64,000 nt of DNA from Candidatus Hydrogenedentota bacterium (lineage in GTDB: Bacteria; Hydrogenedentota; Hydrogenedentia; Hydrogenedentales; SLHB01), in contig CAXXYE010000011.1 in the NCBI GenBank assembly GCA_963674865.2, positions 1 through 64,000 of the forward strand. The letters are read 5' to 3'. The position numbers and the translations under genes were made by a program. The stretch's first letter is position 1; the number at the start of each line of letters is the position of its first letter. The notes beneath the pieces are model-generated. The model made no database searches. It had not been told where the DNA came from and was given only the letters and a program-made list of their open reading frames with translations. This document shows positions 1-8,930 of this stretch, one piece after another.

Positions 1-2877
1 GCCGATCCTCACGCCCGCGCCGAAGTTGCCCGTAATCACGTTGCCTCTGACCAGATTATTGTTGGCTCCGAAGATGGCTTCCAAAGCCGCCGAATCGGGT
101 TCGGTTTCCACTTCGATAAGCCCGCGGAACCAGTGCCACGCAATCTCGTCGGTCCACGTTCCTTTGCCGACTGGCTCAGAACTCAGCGTATTGATCGCCA
201 CGAAGTCCGCGCTAGAGTTGGAGACCCCGACGTTATCTGGTTGGCCAAGATGCCAATTGGTAAAACTCACCGGTTCGCCGGAAGGCCATTCGAAGGTCCC
301 TTCGACGTGCTCGTCATTCAAGCCGATCCAGAATCTCTGTGTGGAGAAAGCGTCCTGGCTAAGGATCGTGTTGTCAATAAAGTCCTGCTCCTCTTCACTC
401 GTAATGCTCGCCAGATGCCCCTCCAACATGACGGCAGCACCTTCGGCGGTGTGCCAGTCCATTGAGGGACTCACGATGTAGTAATGATCATTGCCACCAT
501 CGGCAGCCGACCAGTTAAATACGGCTTGCGTGCCAGATATCTGTATACCATGCCCTTGATTGCCGGAAATCAGATTCCTCGCATCGCGCGCCTCGCCGCC
601 GATGACATTCCCCGAAGCATTCTCGACATAAATCCCGTTGAGCTGGTTCCCCAACTCTTGCGATCCGTCCGCATCAGTTCCTATGAAATTACCGATAATG
701 GTGTTTGCCTTGTCCAGGTTACTGTACAAGGAAACACCATTTCGACCGTTTCCAGAAATTACATTCCTAGCCTCGCTCACGGTGCCGCCTAGCGTATTGC
801 CCGAAGCACCAAGCCCAATCACCACGCCGCCGGCCTGATTTCCTATCGCTGTTTTCCCGGTTACATCGATACCTATATAGTTCCCGGCCACCACGTTGAG
901 GTCGCTGCCAAGGCTTGTGATTACAACCCCGTCAGAAATGTTTCCGGAAATAATGTTGCGTTCCGCGAGGTCGCCAATTCCATCGCCGTTCGTCCCGATT
1001 CGGTTTGAATTGGCCCCACTGTAGACCGCTACACCGTCACTCGCGTTACCGAGTGCGATCGTTCCGGTCACATCCGTTCCGATCAAGTTGCCGGCCACGA
1101 CGTTGTGGCTGGTTTCCTCTCCACTGATGGCGACCCCGTTAAGACCATTCGCTGAGATCAAGTTGCCTTCGGCCTCGTCGGCGATGCCATTTCCGTCAGT
1201 GCCAATCCGATTGAATTTGGCAGGGCCATTGTAGTTGAGGATCACGATCCCGTCGTCACCGTTTCCCAGAGGACCGGTGCCGGTGGCATTGGTCCCAATG
1301 TAATTGCCTGCGACGACATTGTGATCGGTACCGCTGCTATTGATGACGACGCCATGCCGGTGGTTGGCTGAGATGACGTTGCGTTCGGCGTCATCGCCCA
1401 CGCCATCGCCGTCGGTACCGATCAGGTTGGATTGCGCACCTTCGCTAATCCGGATGCCGCTTCCCAAGTCAGTCCCAAGGCCGTTTGCTAGGGCTACGCT
1501 ACCGGAGACGTCCGTCCCTACGTAGTTCCCGGCTACAACGTTACCAACCGTTCCTTCATTGGCGATGCGGACACCGTATCGGCCGTTTCCCGAGATAATG
1601 TTGCGTTCGGCGGCGTCGCCAATTCCATCACCATTGGTTCCGATTCGGTTTGACTGGGCTCCAAGGTAGACCGCCACCCCATCCCTCGCATTCCCAAGTG
1701 CAGTCGTCCCAGTCGCGTCCGTTCCGATGAAGTTGCCGGCCACAACGTTCTGCTGCGTTCCCGACCATCTAATTGCGATACCGTCACGCCCATTTGCTGA
1801 AATCACGTTGCCTTCGGCCTCGTCGGCGATACCGTTGCCATCAGTGCCTATGCGAGTACTCTGGGGAGCACCGTCATCATTGCCGACCACAACACCGTCG
1901 TCGCCGTTTCCCAACGGACCAGTGCCGACGGCATTGGTCCCGATATAGTTACCGGCCACAACATTATGATCGGTGGCAATGCCACTGATGATGACGCCGA
2001 ACTGGTGATTGGCCGAAATCACGTTGCGTTCGCCCTGATCAGCAACACCGTCACCGTCAGTTCCGATCAGATTGAACTGTGCTCCGTCGTAAATCTGAAT
2101 GCCGTATCCCCACTCGATGCCAAAGCCGTTTCCCAAGGCAACGCCACCGGATACGTCAGTACCTACGTAATTTCCAGCCACAACGTTGTTGTCGGTTCCT
2201 TCATTGGCGATGCGGACACCGTGTTGTCCGTTTCCGGAAATGATGTTCCTTTCCACAAGGTCGCCAATCCCGTCGCCGTTCGTTCCAATACGATTCGACT
2301 GGGCACCGCTCACAACCGCCACGCCATCCGCGCCATTCGCCAGAGCAGTCGTGCCCGTCACATCGGTTCCAATGAAGTTACCCTCTACCGCGCAGTTTTC
2401 AGTTCCTTCCAAGACAATCCCGCTGCCGCCAAAGCGATTGATTACCAGCCCACGAACCACACAGTTGTCGGCCGTGATTAGTAGGCCGTGCGTACTCGCG
2501 CCTGCGTCGATTCCAGTCAACTGAATGATCGGGCTTCCGGCGAATCCGGGTTGCGTCGTACCGTCAATCACCAACGGGTCTATGATGGTCGGGAGTGCCG
2601 ATTGCGGTTGGATCGACTGCGCCCCACCTCCGCCAATCGCGAACTCGATCGTGTCAGACCCGGAACTCGCATTCGCGTCCAGGATTGCCTGACGCAGCGA
2701 ACCTGGACCACTGTCCAACGCGTTCGCAACGGAAAAGACAGAGAGCAACTGCCGGCTCTCAAGTTGCTCGAATTTCAGTGCCCGTTCCCTGACGCCTGAT
2801 GCTGCGCCCGGGAGCTTATGATGGGTCCAGCCAAGTCGTCCACGAAACCCCCGACCAAGATCGCCCTTGATGCTCAT
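1..2877 (-). CDS. Large secreted/surface right-handed beta-helix repeat protein, N-terminal part (gene runs off the window edge)
   Basis: ATG at 2877 with RBS GGGGAGG. Hand translation MSIKGDLGRG...LKFEQLESRQLLSVFSVANALDSGPGSLRQAILDAN... gives the planctomycete export motif and repeated GNxIGTDxTG...NxISGN units. Absent from the ORF track, consistent with no stop inside the window. Confidence 0.85.
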   Translation of the reverse strand, partial: MSIKGDLGRGFRGRLGWTHHKLPGAASGVRERALKFEQLESRQLLSVFSVANALDSGPGSLRQAILDANASSGSDTIEFAIGGGGAQSIQPQSALPTIIDPLVIDGTTQPGFAGSPIIQLTGIDAGASTHGLLITADNCVVRGLVINRFGGSGIVLEGTENCAVEGNFIGTDVTGTTALANGADGVAVVSGAQSNRIGTNGDGIGDLVERNIISGNGQHGVRIANEGTDNNVVAGNYVGTDVSGGVALGNGFGIEWGYGIQIYDGAQFNLIGTDGDGVADQGERNVISANHQFGVIISGIATDHNVVAGNYIGTNAVGTGPLGNGDDGVVVGNDDGAPQSTRIGTDGNGIADEAEGNVISANGRDGIAIRWSGTQQNVVAGNFIGTDATGTTALGNARDGVAVYLGAQSNRIGTNGDGIGDAAERNIISGNGRYGVRIANEGTVGNVVAGNYVGTDVSGSVALANGLGTDLGSGIRISEGAQSNLIGTDGDGVGDDAERNVISANHRHGVVINSSGTDHNVVAGNYIGTNATGTGPLGNGDDGIVILNYNGPAKFNRIGTDGNGIADEAEGNLISANGLNGVAISGEETSHNVVAGNLIGTDVTGTIALGNASDGVAVYSGANSNRIGTNGDGIGDLAERNIISGNISDGVVITSLGSDLNVVAGNYIGIDVTGKTAIGNQAGGVVIGLGASGNTLGGTVSEARNVISGNGRNGVSLYSNLDKANTIIGNFIGTDADGSQELGNQLNGIYVENASGNVIGGEARDARNLISGNQGHGIQISGTQAVFNWSAADGGNDHYYIVSPSMDWHTAEGAAVMLEGHLASITSEEEQDFIDNTILSQDAFSTQRFWIGLNDEHVEGTFEWPSGEPVSFTNWHLGQPDNVGVSNSSADFVAINTLSSEPVGKGTWTDEIAWHWFRGLIEVETEPDSAALEAIFGANNNLVRGNVITGNFGAGVRIG

Positions 2878-2926
2878 CGCACCCTCCCCGGCAAATGGAC
2901 ACAACCCCCTCTAGGGTAGTATGTTA

Positions 2927-2955
2927 ATTTTAGCCAGGATATACTGGCGTGTCAA
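2927..2955 (-). promoter_or_regulatory. sigma70-type promoter for the beta-helix gene, with a palindrome in the spacer
   Basis: Minus strand TTGACA-N17-TAAAAT. The spacer contains the inverted repeat GCCAG-N6-CTGGC (2933-2948). Confidence 0.7.
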
Positions 2956-3046
2956 ACTTGCCATTCGTCGGGTGCGTTCTCGCGCATTTCTGCCCCATCT
3001 TGTGGTATGGTCGATCGACCCATCCGCCTCACGAATAACGAAACGC

Positions 3047-3092
3047 TTGTTAGTTGTTGGTCGTTAGTTGTTTGTTGTTAGTTGTTCGTTAG
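3047..3092. repeat. Degenerate heptamer tandem repeat (TTAGTTG/TTGGTCG type)
   Basis: ttgttagttgttggtcgttagttgtttgttgttagttgttcg; it overlaps the sulfatase stop codon. Confidence 0.6.
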
Positions 3093-4529
3093 CTTGGGCA
3101 CGTGGTCGATCAATTGTGCGCGGAGGGTTGCCACGGTTTCGGCGTATTCCGGTTTTGCGGCCACGTTGGCGGTTTCGCCGGGGTCTTTTTCGTGGTCGTA
3201 GAGTTCGACGGCGGCGACTTTCTTGGGGTCTTTGCGGTTTACCCAGGCGGTGAGGCGATAGCGCTCGGTGCGCATCGAGTAGCCCATCAGGTCTCGGCGA
3301 GGATATTGGCTGAGGGCGACCTGCTTGCCGGGCCGGTCGGGGTCGTCGAGGAGGGGCGCGAAGCTGGTGCCTTCGAGATGCTCCGGTAATGGAATCCCGG
3401 CCAGATCGCAGAGCGAGGGATAGATATCGAGGAACTCGACCAGACCGTGGCACGCGCGGCCGTTGCCCCGGGCCTTGGGGACGCGGACGATCAGCGGCAC
3501 GTGGGTATCGAGTTCGAAGTTGGTATGCTTGCACCAAGCTCCGTAGTCGCCCAGCTTCCAGCCGTGATCTCCCCAGAGGATCACGATGGTGTTGTCGGCC
3601 AGTTTCAATCGGTCGAGTTCATCGAGCAATCGGCCGACGAGCGTGTCGACGTAGCTTACGCAGGCCCGGTAGCCGTGGATCAACTCCAGGGCCTGTTCGT
3701 CGGTGACCGGGCCGGAGGGCGGGATGCCGTGGTAGCTCCGCATTTCGCCCCAACTGGTCAGGGCGAAGGCGGGCGAGTCCTTGGGCGGACGGTCGTAGGC
3801 GGGGAGGCGGATCCGGTCGCGGTCGTAGAGGTCCCAATAGCGCTTGGGGCAGTTGAACGGCAGGTGGGGGCGGATCAGGCCCACGGCCAGGAAAAACGGT
3901 TCGTGCTTGACCCGGCGGAGGGTCTCGATGGCGGTGTCGGTGAGGGCGCCTTCGGGATAGACGTTGTCGGCCACGTCGGCGGCTTCGGCGGCGGGGCCTC
4001 GGGTAGCTCGGCTGAGCGCGGCTCCCTTGAGACCTTTTTGGGCGGCTTCGGCCTTGAGACGTTTTTGCAGGGCCACGTTCTCCGGCAGTCGCCAAACCAT
4101 CCCCGGCGCCGGGATCCACGGTTCGGACCAACTGGCCTTGTCGTTCTGATGATAGATCTTGCCCATACCGAGGCTGCGGTAGCCGTTTTTCTTGAACTGC
4201 TGGGGCAGGGCCACAATCTGGGGCATGACCTGGCGAAACGACTTGGTGTTGCCATATATGCCCGTGGTGTCGGGCCGCAGGCCGCTGAGGAGGCTGTTGC
4301 GAGTGGCTCCGCAAACGGCCTGCTGGCAGTATGCCCGGGTGAACATCACGCCGCTTCGGGCTAGGCGGTCGATGTTGGGGCTGTGGATGTAGTCCTTGCC
4401 GTAGCAGCCGAGTTCGGGGCGAAGGTCGTCGACGGCGATGAAGAGCACGTTCGGTTTTTCGGCGGCCGGGGCGAAGGTGGCGGCCGTGATCGCGACCATT
4501 GCCGCGAGGATTATCGAGATGGGCTTCAT
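3078..4529 (-). CDS. Sulfatase (iduronate-2-sulfatase-like S1 family), secreted
   Basis: Signal peptide MKPISIILAAM..., PNVLFIAVDDLRP, CQQAVCGATRNSLLSG, GKIYH, RPHLPF, WGDHGWKLG. Start moved to the ATG at 4529. Confidence 0.9.
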   Translation of the reverse strand: MKPISIILAAMVAITAATFAPAAEKPNVLFIAVDDLRPELGCYGKDYIHSPNIDRLARSGVMFTRAYCQQAVCGATRNSLLSGLRPDTTGIYGNTKSFRQVMPQIVALPQQFKKNGYRSLGMGKIYHQNDKASWSEPWIPAPGMVWRLPENVALQKRLKAEAAQKGLKGAALSRATRGPAAEAADVADNVYPEGALTDTAIETLRRVKHEPFFLAVGLIRPHLPFNCPKRYWDLYDRDRIRLPAYDRPPKDSPAFALTSWGEMRSYHGIPPSGPVTDEQALELIHGYRACVSYVDTLVGRLLDELDRLKLADNTIVILWGDHGWKLGDYGAWCKHTNFELDTHVPLIVRVPKARGNGRACHGLVEFLDIYPSLCDLAGIPLPEHLEGTSFAPLLDDPDRPGKQVALSQYPRRDLMGYSMRTERYRLTAWVNRKDPKKVAAVELYDHEKDPGETANVAAKPEYAETVATLRAQLIDHVPKLTNN

Positions 4530-4895
4530 GGTTAGGGCTTCCTCGGTGGGCAGTGTTAGGTGAGTTTGGCGCTGAGGATTGTCAGGCCGAAACCGGATGC
4601 CGGGACACAAGCCAGCGATATCTTAGACGGATCGCATAGGCTTGGCAAATATCGCACTCGACCACGCCAGAATGGGGGGCTTTCGGTCGTGGACGATGCG
4701 CGGATTTGCCGCGTGGGGTTGCACCGAGAGCGGTCTTCGGTATCCTTCTGTATTGACCGACGCGATGGTTGGCTGGGGATAGCTGCCCCAGCGGACGGCT
4801 TTCTCGGGGCAGCGTTCGCTACTCCACAGCCGGCCCCTCAAAGCCAAGTTGAGAGACACCGCAGCGCGGTCGATTCAAGCAAGGGAGCCAGAACC

Positions 4896-5528
4896 GTGAG
4901 TAGAGCCGCGACGGTGTTTTGCGGCTGGTTGCCGTTGAGCGTTGTTCTATTGGCGTGCATGGTCGGCTGCCGGTCCGAGAGTGGTCAATCTGATTTCAAA
5001 AACGTCCCGGCCGAACAGCCGGGGATCAGTAAGGGGAGAGTTCAAAAAATGATTGAGATTACCAGTTCCGCCTTTTCCGAAGGCGAGCCGATTCCCGTCA
5101 AGTATACGGGCGAGGGCGAGGACATATCGCCGCCGTTGGCGTGGTCGGGCGTGCCCGAGGGAACCAAGCAGTTGGCCTTGATTTGCGACGATCCCGATGC
5201 GCCGACGCCGGAGCCTTGGGTGCATTGGGTGATCTACCAGATACCGGCGGACGCGACGGGACTAGGTGAAGGGATTGCCAGGAAGGCGGAGCTTGAGGAG
5301 CCGGCCGGGGCCGTGCATGGCGGGAATTCTTGGCCCGAGGGCGAGAAGGTGGGTTATGGCGGGCCAATGCCGCCGCCGGGGCATGGGACGCATCATTACT
5401 ATTTCAAGCTCTACGCCCTGGACGGGCAATTGACCAACGGCGCCGGGTTGGACAAGGCGGCGCTCTTGTCGGCGATGGACGGCCATGTGATCGGCGAGGG
5501 TCAGTTGATGGGGACCTACGAGAGGTGA
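4896..5528 (+). CDS. YbhB/YbcL (PEBP, Raf kinase inhibitor-like) family protein, probable lipoprotein
   Basis: ITSSAF..GEPIP..YT..GEDISPPLAWS, DDPDAP, WVHWV, YGGPMPPPGHGTHHYYFKLYALD. Lipobox-like LACMVGC after a GTG start at 4896. Confidence 0.88.
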   Translation: MSRAATVFCGWLPLSVVLLACMVGCRSESGQSDFKNVPAEQPGISKGRVQKMIEITSSAFSEGEPIPVKYTGEGEDISPPLAWSGVPEGTKQLALICDDPDAPTPEPWVHWVIYQIPADATGLGEGIARKAELEEPAGAVHGGNSWPEGEKVGYGGPMPPPGHGTHHYYFKLYALDGQLTNGAGLDKAALLSAMDGHVIGEGQLMGTYER

Positions 5529-5531
5529 CGC

Positions 5532-6257
5532 TTGGCCGACAGCAGGGCACACCGAGGACCGCACCCAGAGGACGCGCGGCTGTTTGACGCGGCCGCGGTT
5601 GAACGGCTTCGGCGGGCGACCGGCGATCTCGGTTGGCTCTTGAGCCGGGGTTACGTGACGCCGTCGGCTTTGAAACTGGTGGGTGATCGGTACAGGCTGA
5701 CGGCCCGGCAGCGAACGGCGCTGGGCCGGTGTGCCTGTTCGGACGGCGATCTGGTCAGGCGCTGGGAGCGTCGGGTCGACGGCGAAGGACTGAAGGGCCG
5801 GCCGTTGTGGCTGGACGGCTACAACGTGCTGACCACGGTCGAGGCGGCCCTGGCGGGCGGGGTAATTCTGGGTGCGCGGGACGGTTCTTACCGCGACATG
5901 GCAAGCATGCACGGCAGCTACCGGAAGGTGGCGGAGACGTTCCGGGCGCTTGAGCTAATCGGCCGGGTGGTATATTCGCTAGGAGCGTCGGAGTGCGTTT
6001 GGTATCTGGATCGGCCGGTGTCGAACAGCGGACGGTTGAAGCAGATCATTCTTGCGATGGGCGAGGAGAAGGACTGGCCGTGGATGGTCGAATTGGTGGC
6101 GGATCCGGACGCGGTTCTGGCGGAGGCCAAATGCACGGTGGCGACGGCGGATAGTTGGATTTTGGATCGTTGCGGGAGCTGGTTCAACCTGGCGCGGGCG
6201 GTGGTGTCGGGGAATGTGGGGGATGCTTGGGTGGTGGAGTTGGGGGTTGGGGATTGA
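5532..6257 (+). CDS. DUF434-family protein with a PIN/NYN-like C-terminal domain
   Basis: WLLSRGY..ALKLVGDRYRL..RQR, LWLDGYNVL, LDRPVSNSGRL, ATADSWILD. Confidence 0.75.
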   Translation: MADSRAHRGPHPEDARLFDAAAVERLRRATGDLGWLLSRGYVTPSALKLVGDRYRLTARQRTALGRCACSDGDLVRRWERRVDGEGLKGRPLWLDGYNVLTTVEAALAGGVILGARDGSYRDMASMHGSYRKVAETFRALELIGRVVYSLGASECVWYLDRPVSNSGRLKQIILAMGEEKDWPWMVELVADPDAVLAEAKCTVATADSWILDRCGSWFNLARAVVSGNVGDAWVVELGVGD

Positions 6258-6726
6258 GAAACGCTTGTTGAAGACGTGCTGGATGATCTTCATACGCACT
6301 TCGAGTCTTCTCGTACCAGGTTGGTGGGCGATCGGGCCAGAGCGGGCCGAGATCGTCAAAGTCCATGAGCCGGTCCTTGTCTCGGCCATCTGCCGGGCTG
6401 AAGCTGAGAAGTCGGCGATAGTCGCTCCAAATGCCTGAAGTCAACGATGCCCCGCCCGCGGCACGATTCGCGGAACAGGCTGCGATAGCCGCGCGGGCAG
6501 CAAAGGAGGCGCTGGCGTCGGTTGCGCCCTGGGCGTCAGAAGCGGCGTCGGCATGGTGGACGTAGTCGCTCGCCTTCCGGGCAGCGAACGGACCGTTGAA
6601 TTGGCTGTCGGTGTCGCCGCGGGCAAAATCTCGGGCCGTGGCAATGGCGACTTCAACCGCCGCTTCAAGGCGCGGCTCGTCGGCAACATAGAGAGGGTGA
6701 ACGCGGAGGGCACAGCGAGCGGCGAA

Positions 6727-6929
6727 GTAAGCATTCGTCGAACCCGTCCGGACGCGGCTTGTTCCCATGCTTTGCGTGGGAACACACACCTCGGACGCTT
6801 TGCGTCCGCTTGGTGGCAGACCTTGCGAGGCAAAACGTTACGCCAATACTGTGACGCGAAGCGTCCAACGCGTGCGCGACGACGCAAAGCATCGTCACGA
6901 GGTCTCTGACGGGTTCGACGAATGTTCAC
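6727..6929. mobile_element. 203-bp MITE with 22-bp terminal inverted repeats and 8-bp target-site duplication
   Basis: Left end GTAAGCATTCGTCGAACCCGTC, right end GACGGGTTCGACGAATGTTCAC. Flanked by GCGGCGAA at 6719-6726 and 6930-6937. Confidence 0.88.
6759..6901. repeat. Cluster of REP-like palindromes inside the MITE
   Basis: GTTCCCATGC-TTT-GCGTGGGAAC, GGACGC-TTT-GCGTCC, GACGC-GAA-GCGTC, GACGACGC-AAA-GCATCGTC. Confidence 0.7.
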
Positions 6930-7291
6930 GCGGCGAACGCGGCACGGGCACGCGGAGAGAGTTCTTCGAGGTCGTCTTCTGTCGGCAGTGCCGGGGAATC
7001 GACCACGGGACACCTCCGGGGTGATACGGCGTTATTCCGCCAGATGGGGAGTCGGGCGGCAAGTCGATAGGAGATGGAGGAATTGAGAATTGGTTGACGG
7101 TAACGGATTCTTCTCGGGGGCCTGGAGCGTGGTTGTGAAACGGGGTGATGATGGGGAGAATGGGTGAACTGAGAATTGGAGGCTGGCCGTCACGAATATT
7201 GGGGGCCGTTTTAGACCCCACCGGGATGCTCCCCAGAAATCGTGATGGTCAGAAAATAGACAACTGCAAATTGAAGACTGGAGATGCGGGG

Positions 7292-8218
7292 ATGGAGCGG
7301 CTTGAGAGTGTGGTGGATTTGATTGGGGTGGCGGGCCGGTTGGCTGGGGCTACCGTTGTGGTGGTGGGGGGTGATCGGGCGGAGGATTTGCGCTTGGTGG
7401 AGGCGGCCGCGGATCATGGAATTGTCAATCGCGTGGTCTTGGTTGGTCGGAAGGACGGGATCGCCCGGGCGGTGGAGGAGGTGGGGATTGAAGTCTCGTC
7501 CGAGGATATCGTTTCGGCCGACGGGGACGAAGAGGCTGCCCGTGCCACGGTGGATCTTGTCGAGCGGGGGGTGGCGGATATTGTCTTGAAGGGGCGAATC
7601 TCGACGCCCATCCTGAATCGGCGGATGCTGCCCTTGGCGGTGCGGCCGACGGTGAGCCTGGTGACCGTGTTTGATGCGGCGCCGATCGCGGACGGGCGGG
7701 TGATGATCATGACCGACGCGGGGGTCACGACCGATTGCAGTTTCAAGCGGATGCAAGGGCTGATTACCAACGCGGTGGAGGTAGCCCGGGCGGTATTGGG
7801 AATCGATCGGCCGCGGGTGGCGGTGCTTTCGGCCAACGAGAAACAGGTGGCGTCGTTGCCGTCGACGCGGATGGGGACGGAGTTGGCGGGCCTGGATTGG
7901 CCGAATGCGGTGGTCTATGGTCCGCTCTCGTTCGATCTGGCGACGGACGCTCGATCGGCGGCGGTCAAGGGCCTGCCTAAGTTGGCGGGGGCGGCCGAGG
8001 TAGCGGGCCAGGCCGACGTCCTGGTTTGTCCGGGGATCGACGCGGCCAACGTGCTCTACAAGATGGTGAGTGGGCTAAACAAGTATGGTATGGCGTCGCT
8101 GGCAAGCGTCACGGTCGGCTTTCCCGTGCCCTACGTGATTCTCTCGCGCGCGGACTCGTTGGAGACCCGCTTGGCGTCGATTGCTTTGTGTACGGTTTAT
8201 TCGGCCAGGAGCCTTTAG
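7292..8218 (+). CDS. Phosphate acyltransferase (PTA/PTB family, phosphate butyryltransferase-like)
   Basis: ADIVLKGRISTP, IMTDAGV, PRVAVLSANE, VYGPLSFDLA, ADVLVCPGIDAANVLYK, PYVILSRADS. Confidence 0.85.
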   Translation: MERLESVVDLIGVAGRLAGATVVVVGGDRAEDLRLVEAAADHGIVNRVVLVGRKDGIARAVEEVGIEVSSEDIVSADGDEEAARATVDLVERGVADIVLKGRISTPILNRRMLPLAVRPTVSLVTVFDAAPIADGRVMIMTDAGVTTDCSFKRMQGLITNAVEVARAVLGIDRPRVAVLSANEKQVASLPSTRMGTELAGLDWPNAVVYGPLSFDLATDARSAAVKGLPKLAGAAEVAGQADVLVCPGIDAANVLYKMVSGLNKYGMASLASVTVGFPVPYVILSRADSLETRLASIALCTVYSARSL

Positions 8219-8382
8219 CGGTTGGCTGTTAGCCGTTAGCCTCCGGCGAGCGGTTGTTGGGTGGACGGAGACCACAGGGCTGTTAGGGGATTCGGCAGTT
8301 GAGGGCACGAAGGCGATAGGCGAACCAGCTAACGGCTAACAAGATGCTGAAGCATAACCTGTTGGTGATGGAGATCGTTTAG

Positions 8383-8868
8383 ATGAATGAATGCGACGGC
8401 GGGCGGTGGATATTTCGGGCTCACGTGGTGGATCGCGCCGGGGCGTTGACTAGTATCGCGTCGGCGTTCAGCAACGAGGGGGTGAGTATCGACACCGTGG
8501 TGGGACACGGGTTTGAGGAGCGGGCCGGAGTGGACGGGAGCGTGGTGCTAACGTTCTGCTGCACGCGGCGCGAGAAGGATAATATGGTGCGGAAGGTGCG
8601 GCGGCTGAGCAAGGTAACCGAGTTGGAAGAGCACTCCTACGATTCGGAGCATCTGAGAAAGTCGGTCGTGGTATTGACTACTCGACGGCTGACGCCGCGG
8701 GATGTGGCGGGGGAAACGAAGTTCTTGATCAGCGAGTTGGTGAAGCACGGCGCGGGCGGCTGGGCGTATTTTTTGGCGGGATCACCGAGCGAGTTGGATC
8801 CGGTCTTGGAGCATCTAGTGGAGGAAGAATTGGTGAAGGACATTGTTTACTCGGTGTTGGGGCTGTAG
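8383..8868 (+). CDS. ACT-domain protein (acetolactate synthase small-subunit-like)
   Basis: VVDRAGALTSIASAFSNEGVSID...VRKVRRLSKV is ACT-like. Confidence 0.65.
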   Translation: MNECDGGRWIFRAHVVDRAGALTSIASAFSNEGVSIDTVVGHGFEERAGVDGSVVLTFCCTRREKDNMVRKVRRLSKVTELEEHSYDSEHLRKSVVVLTTRRLTPRDVAGETKFLISELVKHGAGGWAYFLAGSPSELDPVLEHLVEEELVKDIVYSVLGL

Positions 8869-8930
8869 GGTGTGGGGGATTGAGCGGTGAGAATTTCGGA
8901 TTGGTTTGAGACCAGGAAAGGTTCTTTGCT

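Larger units (their letters stand above)
6184..7006 (-). pseudogene. Ala-rich hypothetical gene (LPTEDDLEELSPRARAAFAARCALRV...) interrupted by a MITE
   Basis: GTG at 7006 with RBS GGAGGTG. The frame stops at a TGA inside the MITE end; removing the MITE plus one target duplication restores one continuous frame into the 6184-6718 segment. Confidence 0.8.

Noticed and set aside
26..2799. Plus-strand ORFs over the first 2.8 kb
   Set aside because: They are antisense shadows of the minus-strand beta-helix gene.
4560..4895. Long N-terminal extension of the YbhB ORF (and 4530-4610 of the sulfatase)
   Set aside because: Overlapping divergent starts across the promoter region; signal peptides indicate the later starts.
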